Made by a program: the position numbers and the translations under genes
Origin: Candidatus Iainarchaeum sp.
Lineage (GTDB): Archaea > Iainarchaeota > Iainarchaeia > Iainarchaeales > JAGVWC01
NCBI GenBank assembly: GCA_018304465.1
Contig: JAGVWC010000011.1
Span: 87,757-151,756 of the forward strand
Direction of reading: 5' to 3'
DNA: 64,000 nt
Shown here: one piece after another, positions 1 to 9,170 of the stretch
How positions within the stretch are numbered: position 1 is the first letter of the stretch
How the letters are laid out: every line of letters begins with the position of its first letter
Notes under the pieces: model-generated
The model's database searches: none
Told to the model about the DNA's origin: nothing
Seen by the model: the letters and a program-made list of their open reading frames with translations, nothing else

Positions 1-476
1 ATCAACGAGACGCCGGCAAATCCGCGGATCGCATGGTCCACAGGCACATCGCTTTGATTCCACGGCCGGGTGTCAAATAAGGATTCTTGCCCGACTAATT
101 CAACTGACAAACCGCTTGCATCCGAAAAATTCAAAACGGATTCTCCAAAACGATTCGTTTCCCCAAAAAAAATCTCGTGTTTTTTCAAGCGTTTTTTCCA
201 AAACGAAATCGAATGAAGCGGAACCGAAAACGCCATCGAATCGATACTGCCTGCGCCGGGTTTTTGGTCCGGCAGCACCCAATTGAAAAAAGTCAAAATC
301 GTTCCGGGTTTACCGGTAACGTCCCCGAAATACAAATGATACACCGACGGGTCGTCAAAATTAACGGTTTTCTTGACAAACCGAAGCCCCAAAATCTTCG
401 TGTAAAAATCAAACGTAGCCTGAGCGTCTGAAGAAATCGCGGTCACGTGATGAATCCCGTTGATCGGTGCAATCAT
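1..476 (-). CDS. Ring-cleaving dioxygenase / VOC (glyoxalase) family protein, MhqO-like; runs off the window start
   Basis: Not in the ORF track. Manual translation from ATG 476 gives MIAPINGIHHVTAISSDAQATFDFYTKILGLRFVKKTVNFDDPSVYHLYFGD...GTILTFF, the typical N-terminus of this family. Frame stays open to position 1. Confidence 0.9.
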   Translation of the reverse strand, partial: MIAPINGIHHVTAISSDAQATFDFYTKILGLRFVKKTVNFDDPSVYHLYFGDVTGKPGTILTFFNWVLPDQKPGAGSIDSMAFSVPLHSISFWKKRLKKHEIFFGETNRFGESVLNFSDASGLSVELVGQESLFDTRPWNQSDVPVDHAIRGFAGVSL

Positions 477-555
477 TACTCAATTATACTCCAAAGTTCT
501 TTAATGGTTTCACTTCAAAAACAAAAATTTTTAAAACAACTGAATTATCTTCACT

Positions 556-782
556 ATGGTCGAAAAGGAGGATCAAAAGACCAAATTTATTCCACTCGTT
601 TTCGTGGGAATTGGATTATTGCTGCTGGTCGTCGGATGCATCCAAGGTTCGCGATTAACGAAGGCTGCGGAAAAGACGCAACAGAACTATTCAACACGCG
701 GCCCACGGGAAGCAGAACACCGTATTCGGATCGCGCGCGAAGCTTTCTGCCAAAATTCTACATCGGCGAATTAAAACAGTAA
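556..782 (+). pseudogene. Internally deleted/frameshifted membrane-anchored cytochrome b5-like protein
   Basis: One frame gives a signal/lipobox-like N-terminus (LLLLVVGC). Another frame gives the C-terminal half of a cyt b5 domain (GCGKDATELF...YSDRARSFLPKFYIGEL). The HPGG half is missing. Confidence 0.6.
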
Positions 783-827
783 CATCTCCTTAATTCTATT
801 CTTTTCTTTTTAATTTAGGAAAATTCT

Positions 828-885
828 GCCAAAAGTTATATTTTTCTTGTTCGTTTTTATTTCAGCGGATAAAGATATCTTCCCA
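828..885 (-). repeat. scpA 3'-end copy (downstream half-site)
   Basis: Minus strand reads TGG GAA GAT ATC TTT ATC CGC TGA AAT AAA AAC GAA CAA GAA AAA, matching scpA 9833-9877. Homology stops at the TGG codon. Confidence 0.9.
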
Positions 886-918
886 CAACGTTGCGTTTAT
901 TACAAAAAAAGAATTTTT

Positions 919-1323
919 TCAATCTGATGAAACAATTTCAAAGGCCAATAAATACTCGTCGTTTATTTTAAGCGCATATTTTCCATTGGCACCCGCTAAA
1001 CCAACCGTACGGGTATAATATTCAGTCCATCCATCAAAACGCGAATCCAACTTCTGCCATCCAAGCTGGTTTAGATCTTGGCTCAAGAGAGTATTTGGGT
1101 ATTCAACAAACTCGAATTGATTCAGAGTGATTTGGGTTTTTGTCAGAACATGCAATTCATCGAACGATTCAAAACTTGAACACCGGAAATTAAAATCGGG
1201 TGGAAGACTAGCTACATTGCATTGTAATACCGGCTTATTTGCCCAAAATGGCTTCTCTCCCACACACCCCATCAACAGGAGCCCCCCTACCAGGAGGATA
1301 CAAACCAAAGAAAGATGTTTCAT
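919..1323 (-). CDS. Hypothetical secreted/lipoprotein (putative cassette cargo)
   Basis: 134-aa ORF with hydrophobic N-terminus ending LLMGC; flanked by scpA-end repeats. Confidence 0.7.
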   Translation of the reverse strand: MKHLSLVCILLVGGLLLMGCVGEKPFWANKPVLQCNVASLPPDFNFRCSSFESFDELHVLTKTQITLNQFEFVEYPNTLLSQDLNQLGWQKLDSRFDGWTEYYTRTVGLAGANGKYALKINDEYLLAFEIVSSD

Positions 1324-1374
1324 GTTTCAAATACAATTAGAAAGAATAAAAATGTTCCTACAACGCATTTGTTT

Positions 1375-1390
1375 TGGCAAGAACAATTTC
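1375..1390 (+). repeat. Inverted scpA upstream half-site (WQEQF)
   Basis: TGGCAAGAACAATTTC is the exact reverse complement of 9174-9189. Confidence 0.6.
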
Positions 1391-1435
1391 CTTTTTCACG
1401 AATTCCACAAAATAAGTTTAATTGCTGTTCTCTTG

Positions 1436-1468
1436 CGTTTTGTTCGAGCGGATGAAAATATCTTCCCA
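1436..1468 (-). repeat. scpA 3'-end copy (downstream half-site)
   Basis: Minus strand TGG GAA GAT ATT TTC ATC CGC TCG AAC AAA = WEDIFIRSNK. Confidence 0.85.
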
Positions 1469-1512
1469 AATTAACGAGTCTATTTTTAAAAGAAATTTTG
1501 TTTGGATCGGTT

Positions 1513-2664
1513 TCAATTCGGAAGCGACAAATCCCATTCTATTTTTTGATTCCCCGTAAAATCATCCGTATCGGGATGCGCGGCCCAAGAGTCATTCAAT
1601 GATCCGTTCAATCTCCCGGATTCGGTCCAGGTTCCCTCGATGAACGCCAGAGTTATTCCCAGTGGTTCGTCGTACGATTGGGCGGTTTCTTCGCAGCCTT
1701 CTTCGTTGGTCTGGGTCACGGTAACGTGCACCATGACCGCTTTGTCCACGATGGGTCCCGAATAAGTTCCGTCCGCATAGACGCCGACATATCCATCCTC
1801 ATATCGATCCAATACTTCGCTTCCACTGCCTGTTCGAACCGTCGTAGCGCAGTCGTCCCGGGTCGTTTCCTGAAACTCCCAGGTCAATAATCCGTCAGAC
1901 CAATAATACGTCAAGGCCTCCGGATTCCGATACCCGAAAACAGCATGTTCTTTCAAAGTCCCGCCCAGTATGGATACTCGAAGGAAATGGTTATACGAAT
2001 AATTTCTCGTCGCCCATTCACGGGTGACCCAACTACACTGCAACGGCGCCGAAGCCGCCCGGTTCATGATCTGGGTATTCAACGCGTCCAAATCCGCGGT
2101 ACTTGTCAATTCGGCTAATTCGATCAAACGCCCCTTGCACAGGGTCGAATTCGTTAACACGCCTTCGATATACGCTTTGATCTTATTCTTCACCGCATCC
2201 ATCAATTCCGGGTCCTTGATGCCAAGCGATTCGGCCCACGAAAACGCATCCAACCATGCGCGCGGAGTGGATGCGGGATCCGATAACACGAACCGAACCC
2301 ATTCCTTGATTCGGGCCACTACTTCAGCCGGCAATTCATCCTCCGAGACACCCGCTTCAATCAGGATCCGCATGGCCGCGGACTGCTGTGCGATCGTCGA
2401 AGAACTGCTTTTCATCACGTCTTTGGCGTCTTCGATCTTGGGATCGTTGTCCGCGTCCGGATCCGGTCCCGGATTGTTTCCCAACGGACCCGAATCGTCA
2501 TTCGAATCCGATGCGGGATTATTCGAACCGCTTGGCGGAAAAGTCGCCGCATTTGGACCCGTCGAAGACGGAACCTGGGCACAACCGACAAGCCACACGA
2601 GCAAAAGCACGGCCAACGGCCACACGATCAATCGAAGACGCCTATTCACGGGAAAACCAATCAC
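1513..2664 (-). CDS. Hypothetical lipoprotein-like secreted protein
   Basis: 383-aa ORF with signal ending LVGC, a Pro/Asp/Ser-rich linker, then helical and beta-rich acidic regions. Confidence 0.75.
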   Translation of the reverse strand: MIGFPVNRRLRLIVWPLAVLLLVWLVGCAQVPSSTGPNAATFPPSGSNNPASDSNDDSGPLGNNPGPDPDADNDPKIEDAKDVMKSSSSTIAQQSAAMRILIEAGVSEDELPAEVVARIKEWVRFVLSDPASTPRAWLDAFSWAESLGIKDPELMDAVKNKIKAYIEGVLTNSTLCKGRLIELAELTSTADLDALNTQIMNRAASAPLQCSWVTREWATRNYSYNHFLRVSILGGTLKEHAVFGYRNPEALTYYWSDGLLTWEFQETTRDDCATTVRTGSGSEVLDRYEDGYVGVYADGTYSGPIVDKAVMVHVTVTQTNEEGCEETAQSYDEPLGITLAFIEGTWTESGRLNGSLNDSWAAHPDTDDFTGNQKIEWDLSLPN

Positions 2665-2740
2665 GCTATCAGAATGAATTTTCCTACTATTTATGGATTG
2701 CGTTATGAATCGCTCATTACGCTTCCGTGTCCCATTTCAC

Positions 2741-2764
2741 GAAGAAGTCTTCCCGCGACCGCAC
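2741..2764 (-). repeat. Degenerate scpA-end/arm junction copy
   Basis: GAAGAAGTCTTCCCGCGACCGCAC matches 30371-30394 at 21/24 positions; intergenic. Confidence 0.6.
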
Positions 2765-2869
2765 AAATCCAAACGAGCCGAGGCCATTTTGCAGGGAAAA
2801 GATATACAGTTGTGAAGGCAAAAAAAAGCATATTTTTATGGGAACAAAACCGCCGTAAAACCACGTTTT

Positions 2870-5149
2870 TCAGGGATTCCGTTTCAGGAGAACCCCTGAT
2901 TTGGCTTCCATTGCAATCGAGGAAACCGGCGCGCCCGAAAGCGTATAAAACGTGCCTGCAAGCGAAACCGTTTCGGTCACGGTTCCCGAATTCACGAGCA
3001 CGAGCACGTTTTGGTATTCGCGCTCATACACGCCGACGGTTCCGGAACGCAGGTGATATTCTTCACGCGGCTGCCCCACGTTGGTGTCCCACGCGTCAAA
3101 ATGCACGTAGGTCTGGTAGGGCCCCGGATCCAAACCGAAATGAAAAAACGCGAACCGCTGGTTTCCAAGCAAGAAAGTCGCGAACGAATAGGACGCCACT
3201 TTTTTCATCTGAATGGTATCCGGATCAGAGGGATTGAGCCTATTCGCGTCCGGCAACCGGAGCCGCCCTTGTGCAAGATAAATCCGCGTCTTCGAAATCG
3301 AATTCAGTTCATCCAACTGCTTTTTCCAAGTGGCGCCTGAAAGCCACGAACCAATGGGAGCCGTCCACGGAGACGCGACGAATTGCTCGTCCATTCCCCC
3401 ATCAGTTAAACTCGGAAACGAATCGTCTTCGGTCCAACTGTAAATGATTCCGTTAAAAACAGTGAGCTTGGGCTTGATTGCGGCCCGAACGAACGAAATC
3501 GTATCACTCATGCGCTGGGGCCACGCGTCAATGAAAGCCTGATCCGGTTCGGACAATGCCCGATAACTCACATACACCGTGCTGTAGGGCTCAACCGGAG
3601 TTCCGAGCACGATCTGGTTTTTGGAATAGCTTCCGCCTGCAAAAAAATCGGTTCCGGTTTGGTCCGGATTATCGAACGCCGTGATGTCGTTTTCACACGC
3701 GTAATACGGTTGTGGCGTGTGCAAATTCTCATCCGGCAGATCAATGGTTTTTCCGTCGGATCCGACCGTCTGGGACTCGCTTGAAACCCAGCGGATAAAT
3801 CGGTTGGCGGTCACAATCCGTCCCAGCGCGTTGTCCAGGAATATTCCGTCCAAATTTTGGTTTTTGGAAAGAAGCGCTTTCGAATAATCGGCCAACGCTT
3901 CCCGCCAAGCGGTTTCCGGATTGATGAGATACCCCGTGAAATAACAACGGTGCCGCAGACGGTTTTCGCGAGTAACCGGATGGTTCCGGGCATGGGCAAA
4001 GGCGTTCTCGTTGTCTTTGATCGCGTCCCAGACCTCTTTCACCCAGGTTTCATTCTCGTAAACCGTGTAGGTCTGGGCATACTCGACCACGGGAAGACGG
4101 TTACTGGATTGAGACAACAACTCCGATCCAAATACCAGGCCCCGAATCGAAAAATCCAGTTTGTCAAGCAAAAAATCATGAATTTGCATCGGATCCGTGA
4201 CTTCCGAGACCGTTCCGTCAAGATGAAACCGCTGTACTTTCGTCACATTGTAGGCCGGAAACTGGATTTTGACTATATCGGACTGGCTTGCGATCAGACA
4301 ATCCCACGGGCAATTGTCTGTTCCCTCGCCTTTGCCGCACACCTGGTCCCCGCAGACACCCGCGCAATCCGAAGGACACGTCAACGCGGTTTCGCCGGCT
4401 TCGCACGCGTCGTTTCCGCACGAGTTGCATTGCGAAACATCGAACCCAGAACAATCCGGCTTGCAGGAAAGCGATCCGCCTGCGAAGCCCTGCAATCCAC
4501 AAGTCTGGGAATTCAAGTCGGAAGAATCACAGGATTCGAATCCCTCAATGATTCCGTTTCCGCAGGAGTAGACCGGCGGGGTTTCCAAAATGCATTGTTT
4601 GACATCAAAGCTTCGGCAATCGGACGCACACAACAAGGTTCCGCCTTTAAATCCAAACGACCGGCAGGTAGTGCCGTTTAACTTCTCCTTGTCGCAGACC
4701 TCCGGCGTTTCAATCACCGAATCGCCGCACACGGGCCGTGAACCGCAATCATTCGAATTGCAGACGGGTAAAGCCGGACAATCGACTTTACACGAATTCG
4801 AATTCTCGCCGATTTCTGATTCACACACGCCATTGGCATTGCACACCCAACAATCCAATAAACAATTATTCACGTTCTCGCCGGTTTCACACACCGAATT
4901 CCCGCAAAGGTACTCCGGATTCGACACCGGAAGAACCGGGTCCGGCAAATTTCCGAAAAAATTGGCATCACTGTTTGAGTCGCCTACCGGCAAAGCAGGC
5001 GGTCTTTGAACCGACAGCCCCACCCAAGTGATTCCGATAACAAGAACAACAAACAAGACCAAGGAAACCGTGTTAAGCATTTGATTGATCGGCGCCTTGC
5101 CAGACGGTGTGGACACGAACACAAGATCTTTCGATGCGTCGGATTCCAT
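2870..5149 (-). CDS. Membrane-anchored protein with Cys-rich (CGNxxCExGE) repeats and a C-terminal putative glycoside hydrolase (GHL15-like) domain
   Basis: N-terminal TM helix, repeated CGN/CGD motifs, LDGIFLDNA and GVYEREYQNVLVLVN motifs. Confidence 0.75.
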   Translation of the reverse strand: MESDASKDLVFVSTPSGKAPINQMLNTVSLVLFVVLVIGITWVGLSVQRPPALPVGDSNSDANFFGNLPDPVLPVSNPEYLCGNSVCETGENVNNCLLDCWVCNANGVCESEIGENSNSCKVDCPALPVCNSNDCGSRPVCGDSVIETPEVCDKEKLNGTTCRSFGFKGGTLLCASDCRSFDVKQCILETPPVYSCGNGIIEGFESCDSSDLNSQTCGLQGFAGGSLSCKPDCSGFDVSQCNSCGNDACEAGETALTCPSDCAGVCGDQVCGKGEGTDNCPWDCLIASQSDIVKIQFPAYNVTKVQRFHLDGTVSEVTDPMQIHDFLLDKLDFSIRGLVFGSELLSQSSNRLPVVEYAQTYTVYENETWVKEVWDAIKDNENAFAHARNHPVTRENRLRHRCYFTGYLINPETAWREALADYSKALLSKNQNLDGIFLDNALGRIVTANRFIRWVSSESQTVGSDGKTIDLPDENLHTPQPYYACENDITAFDNPDQTGTDFFAGGSYSKNQIVLGTPVEPYSTVYVSYRALSEPDQAFIDAWPQRMSDTISFVRAAIKPKLTVFNGIIYSWTEDDSFPSLTDGGMDEQFVASPWTAPIGSWLSGATWKKQLDELNSISKTRIYLAQGRLRLPDANRLNPSDPDTIQMKKVASYSFATFLLGNQRFAFFHFGLDPGPYQTYVHFDAWDTNVGQPREEYHLRSGTVGVYEREYQNVLVLVNSGTVTETVSLAGTFYTLSGAPVSSIAMEAKSGVLLKRNP

Positions 5150-5319
5150 GTAGATTAACAAAGAGGATTCGCCAATAAAAAGCTAACTGAAAAAAAGATT
5201 TTTTTTCTATTTGGAAACGCGAAATCCGTTTTTTTTCAAATCCAAAATCACGGAATTTAGCTTCTCGATTATTTTCCCACAGCCCGATGGCAATTCAAAA
5301 CAAAAAAAATAAAAAGATT

Positions 5320-5336
5320 AGAGGCGATTCGCCTCT
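5320..5336. terminator. Hairpin / probable terminator
   Basis: Perfect 7-bp stem AGAGGCG-ATT-CGCCTCT with T-rich tails on both strands, just past the stop of the DUF4382 gene. Confidence 0.5.
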
Positions 5337-5345
5337 TTTTTGACC

Positions 5346-6686
5346 TTACGGAATCGAAATAATGCCGTCGACTCCGATCTCGAGAATGACTTGGGGTCCA
5401 ATGCGCATATCGACACCCATCTCGCCGTCTTCATTCATTCCAACAGCGTGTTTGGTCGTGGTGATTCCACCCACTAAGATCACTTTTTGGCCTTGGGTCA
5501 CCGAAACATCCACTTCGGATTTGGTTTCAACCAAGATAACGGGGGCCAAAATATACTTTCCATTGCCCGTTACATGCAGCGAATCATCCGCATTAAAATC
5601 CAATACCGCAGTGGCCGTCTCGTTTTGGTCCACTTCAAGATTGGCGTCAATTCGCAGTACATTTGACGGAAGCTTCGCGGTTTTGGCCTGGTTATCGACC
5701 GTCAAGTTGACATCGGACACGGATAACCGAATCTGATCATATGTTCCGGCCATCACATTGACATCCGCCATCAATGCGATTGAACTGTCGGCACTCAATG
5801 CGATCAGGTCGAATGTTTGCACCGAAGAAGAAATGGTATTCCACAGGCCTGCATTCGAATCGCGGACTTCCACGCGTGTAACCGTCAGCAAAATACTGGT
5901 TACATTGTTCAAGTCTTTTTTGGCATCCGTGATTCCAATGACCACGCGTCCGTTTCCCCGGCCTTGCGGACCAAGACCAATTCTAATTTTGCCTTGGGCA
6001 TCAATGTCAAGGGCCGTGTCGCGGGGAATGCCGATTCCAACACCCATGTTTCCCTGGATGTCCATTCCGAATTTGGCGTTTGATTTAACAGTTCCGCCTC
6101 GAACTGAAATGGAATTGTTCGAACCTGCTTCAACTGTTGCATTGCTTCGGGTTTCCATTTGAATTACCGGCGCCAGAATATATTTGCCGTTTCCCGTGAC
6201 ATGCAATGATTCGTCAGCCAATACATCCAAAACAACAGTCGAAGTCGAGTTGCTATTGACATCTAATTGCCCCACTAGTTTTAGTTCGTTGGATGGCAAT
6301 TTGGCTTCGGTGGTTCCGGTTTCATCCGTGACCATCACTTTAGAAATCTGCAACCGCAACTGCTGATACGTTCCAGGCTGCAAATTGACATCCGTCAATG
6401 CAACCACCATGGATTGCGACTTTAAGGCCAACAAATCCACTGTTTTGGATGTGGATGATACGGTTACCCAGCCTTTGGATGCACTATGCACTTGAATCTG
6501 ATCAATCGTCACATCGATTTTTGATACGGACTCCATGTTTGCGGCCGCATCCGTGATTCCGATGACTATCCGACCGGTTGAGGCACCACCATTTGGATTC
6601 GACGGGGCACTTGTACAACCAACGAGTAATAGCAGAAGTACTAAGGCCACCATTCCGATTGGAACTGAAAAACGCTTCAAACTCAT
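5346..6686 (-). CDS. Lipoprotein with two tandem DUF4382-like domains
   Basis: Lipobox LVGC; internal duplication GRxVIGITDA...DLxAL...GTYxQxRL...AKLPSN...LHVTGNGKYILAPVI. Confidence 0.85.
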   Translation of the reverse strand: MSLKRFSVPIGMVALVLLLLLVGCTSAPSNPNGGASTGRIVIGITDAAANMESVSKIDVTIDQIQVHSASKGWVTVSSTSKTVDLLALKSQSMVVALTDVNLQPGTYQQLRLQISKVMVTDETGTTEAKLPSNELKLVGQLDVNSNSTSTVVLDVLADESLHVTGNGKYILAPVIQMETRSNATVEAGSNNSISVRGGTVKSNAKFGMDIQGNMGVGIGIPRDTALDIDAQGKIRIGLGPQGRGNGRVVIGITDAKKDLNNVTSILLTVTRVEVRDSNAGLWNTISSSVQTFDLIALSADSSIALMADVNVMAGTYDQIRLSVSDVNLTVDNQAKTAKLPSNVLRIDANLEVDQNETATAVLDFNADDSLHVTGNGKYILAPVILVETKSEVDVSVTQGQKVILVGGITTTKHAVGMNEDGEMGVDMRIGPQVILEIGVDGIISIP

Positions 6687-6771
6687 TCTATCCACCCAAT
6701 AAACATGAGTAATATTTCAATATAAATCAGTTGCTTTTATAGCGATCGGCCATTGTGACGAGTAACAAACC

Positions 6772-6848
6772 CGGCCAAAAGTCTTATTTTTCCTGTTCGT
6801 TTTTATTCCAGTGGATGAAAATATCTTCCCAGAATTGTTCATGCCAAA
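6772..6848 (-). repeat. scpA 3'-end copy (full site)
   Basis: 6784-6848 matches scpA 9830-9894 at 58/65; translates to WHEQFWEDIFIHWNKNEQEK*. Confidence 0.95.
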
Positions 6849-6879
6849 AATGTGTAAATGTGATTGACCACGAAATGAC

Positions 6880-7239
6880 CTATGCTCGTTTTGGGTTTAA
6901 TGCGGATTCCAATTTAGCCCATATTTTTTTGAACTGTTGAGGAGAACAGCTTTTTTGCAATTGCAAACGGAATGATTTCTTGCTGATGACTCCCGAACGG
7001 ATTAACTGGGCTGCAAACCCAATCCTGAATTGCTCGCTCTGAATAATCTTCGGAACAGGGATTGCGTTCGTAGGAATAAACATCGGGCCGACGGGCTGCC
7101 GTTCTCGAATCTGCTTTTTCGCATAGTCGTTCATTCTCCATTTAACGGTATTCACCGTTTTTCTGATTTGGCGTGCAGTACTTGGCCTTCCTCGTGTTGC
7201 CGTTTTCGTTTTCGGCTTTTTTTGTTTTCTCACACTCAT
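6880..7239 (-). CDS. Small Lys/Arg-rich orphan protein (putative cassette cargo)
   Basis: ATG 7239 preceded by GAGGAGG directly abutting the repeat at 7248. Confidence 0.7.
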   Translation of the reverse strand: MSVRKQKKPKTKTATRGRPSTARQIRKTVNTVKWRMNDYAKKQIRERQPVGPMFIPTNAIPVPKIIQSEQFRIGFAAQLIRSGVISKKSFRLQLQKSCSPQQFKKIWAKLESALNPKRA

Positions 7240-7247
7240 TTCCTCCT

Positions 7248-7284
7248 CAGCCAATCGGCTTATTTTTCCTGCTGATTTTTATTC
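7248..7284 (-). repeat. scpA 3'-end copy (truncated)
   Basis: 34/37 identical to 9818-9854; encodes NKNQQEK*. Confidence 0.9.
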
Positions 7285-7320
7285 TTTTGATTTTTGTCAG
7301 CCAAGAAACGTTTTTTGTTG

Positions 7321-7340
7321 TTAGAACTTGCTCTTGTCAC
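7321..7340 (-). repeat. scpA upstream half-site (degenerate)
   Basis: TTAGAACTTGCTCTTGTCAC is 17/20 identical to 9171-9190. Confidence 0.55.
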
Positions 7341-7398
7341 ATTATTTTTAATTGTGCAAAGAAACGATTCTTTCTCCTCTGGATATAACTCAGGGCCC

Positions 7399-8460
7399 CT
7401 ATGCGCTTTGTTTTTGCTTGATAACATCTCGCATTTGGTATAACCGACTTTCAGCAATGCCGGTAATTTCGGTTACACGAGTCGGATGATAACCGCGCCG
7501 CAAGAATTCTTCTGCAATCGTGTCTCGGATGAACTTCAAGGGAATTCTGAGCTGTTTGGCCATTTTTCTCCAATTGAAGCTCATTGGCGTTTTTTTCGGC
7601 ATGAAAACACGAATGATCCGCTTCTTTGCTTTTTTGCTTTCCTGAAATCGTCGGCCAGTAATTCCATGGGCAACTCTGACTTTGGTAGCGGATTGACGAA
7701 TTGCGTTGATGGTGGTCGAGTACCCGTGACGGGATTCGCGTTCGAGTGCTCGCTGTGCAATTCTATCGCGCGGTTCAAAAGTGAGTTTGAATGCTTTTCG
7801 GAGAAATTCTTCTCTCCGCGCCGCATTGGGTATACGCTTTCCTTCGAATGATCTTCGCTCTTGAAGGCTTCGGATTTTTTTGGCGATTCGTGTCACTGTT
7901 TCTAATCCGACAAAGATATGTTGGTCGGCCAATCGACCCGGAATTTCTGTTTCGGTATACTTGAATTTTCCTTCCGGTGTTCGCGCTGAAAGAAGTTTGG
8001 CAACAGCATCCCACGCGTCTTTGCGAACACGAGCCTTGGCAATCTTTTGTCCCACGCTCTTAGTGTTTTTTCGTCCGTGGATTCGATTGTTCATACTTTT
8101 GACTCCCGCAAAGGAGATCCCTGATTTAGCAGCAATCTCCCCAAGAGTCATCTTTCTTCCGCGCAATTTAGATGTAACCCAATCAACGGTCGCTGGTTCC
8201 AATATAGTCTCCAATCGTCGGCTTCTGCCATTGGCCGCAATTCCTTGTTCAATAATTTTCTCCGGAGTCCGTGCACCAGAAAAAACAAGCACTCGTTTCA
8301 CAGCTTGACCAGACGCACGAACTCTCTGCTTAATACTGGAAATTGGTTCTGTGTCGGGCGATTCAAGGATTCGTGAAAATGTCTGAAAAGGCAATCGTCT
8401 ACGCGAGGCCTTTGCATAGTGCGCATACAAGGAAGGTATTTGATGTGAAGGAATCGGCAT
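7399..8460 (-). CDS. Highly basic orphan protein, possible HTH segments
   Basis: About 353 aa, very Arg/Lys-rich; MTLGEIAAKSGISFAGV and PTRVTEITGIAESRLY look HTH-like. Confidence 0.7.
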   Translation of the reverse strand: MPIPSHQIPSLYAHYAKASRRRLPFQTFSRILESPDTEPISSIKQRVRASGQAVKRVLVFSGARTPEKIIEQGIAANGRSRRLETILEPATVDWVTSKLRGRKMTLGEIAAKSGISFAGVKSMNNRIHGRKNTKSVGQKIAKARVRKDAWDAVAKLLSARTPEGKFKYTETEIPGRLADQHIFVGLETVTRIAKKIRSLQERRSFEGKRIPNAARREEFLRKAFKLTFEPRDRIAQRALERESRHGYSTTINAIRQSATKVRVAHGITGRRFQESKKAKKRIIRVFMPKKTPMSFNWRKMAKQLRIPLKFIRDTIAEEFLRRGYHPTRVTEITGIAESRLYQMRDVIKQKQSA

Positions 8461-8516
8461 TTCAAACACACATCATTGTCGAATATAAATCTTGCCATAG
8501 GCACAGTAGTATTTTT

Positions 8517-8646
8517 CTGCTAATCAGCTTTTTTCCTGATTTTTGTTCCAGCGAATAAAGATGTCTTCCCAAAACAAGAACACGCTGCACGACTTTTTCG
8601 ACAAAAAAATAATTAGAATGGCCGAATTTGGTGCCGTAATTTGAAT
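8517..8646 (-). repeat. scpA downstream half-site (8517-8571) joined to the conserved non-scpA arm (8572-8646)
   Basis: Encodes WEDIFIRWNKNQEKS*. 8564-8587 is identical over 24 nt to 29707-29730. Arm blocks are shared with 30395-30459. Confidence 0.9.
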
Positions 8647-8687
8647 AGTTTTTTATACAAGTCGCCGCACTATTAAATAGTGACATA

Positions 8688-8897
8688 ATGGTTAGTAATG
8701 AGCAGATTTTGCAGGGAAAAGCAATCAAAGAATTGGCTGAGGAAGCCGCCCGCGTAAAAGAAGGCTTGAAAGGATACTTAGAAGACTTGGAATTATACTC
8801 GAATCCTGAATTTTGGGAAGCAATCGCCGAAACCAACGAAAACAAAGGCAAAAAATTCGCTTCAACCAAAAAACTCTTCCAAGAGCTCGATAGCTGA
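8688..8897 (+). CDS. Putative antitoxin
   Basis: 69 aa with LEDLELYSNPEFWEAIAE motif; its stop overlaps the toxin start (TGATG). Confidence 0.75.
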   Translation: MVSNEQILQGKAIKELAEEAARVKEGLKGYLEDLELYSNPEFWEAIAETNENKGKKFASTKKLFQELDS

Positions 8898-9145
8898 TGC
8901 CCTACTCTGTTTTTCGATCCGACAGGTTCAAAAAAGAATACAAAAAACTCGACGGTCGCCAACAACAATTAGTGAAAAAGAAAATCGACAAAATCGTCGA
9001 AAACCCCGAAGTCGGAAAACCCTTGCACGCGCCGTTGCAAAACTTCAAAAGCGAACGAATCGAAAACCTGCGAATCGTCTACACGATTGAAGGAACATTG
9101 ATCAAATTCGCTTGGATCGAAGACCGCGGACACGCATACGATTAA
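8897..9145 (+). CDS. RelE/ParE-family toxin
   Basis: FKKEYKKLD...ENPEVGKPLHAPLQNFKSERIENLRIVY...RGHAY. Confidence 0.85.
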   Translation: MPYSVFRSDRFKKEYKKLDGRQQQLVKKKIDKIVENPEVGKPLHAPLQNFKSERIENLRIVYTIEGTLIKFAWIEDRGHAYD

Positions 9146-9170
9146 AATTGTGTATTAAACGCCTTTATCG

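Noticed and set aside
5268-5285. TATTTTCCCACA as a further degenerate site between the glycosidase-like and DUF4382 genes
   Set aside because: Only 11/12 identity to 876-887; the position fits the pattern but it is too short to distinguish from chance.
7260-7457. 65-aa ORF ending KNKNQQEK, like ScpA
   Set aside because: Produced by the repeat copy at 7248-7284 and overlaps the upstream gene's end; not an independent gene.
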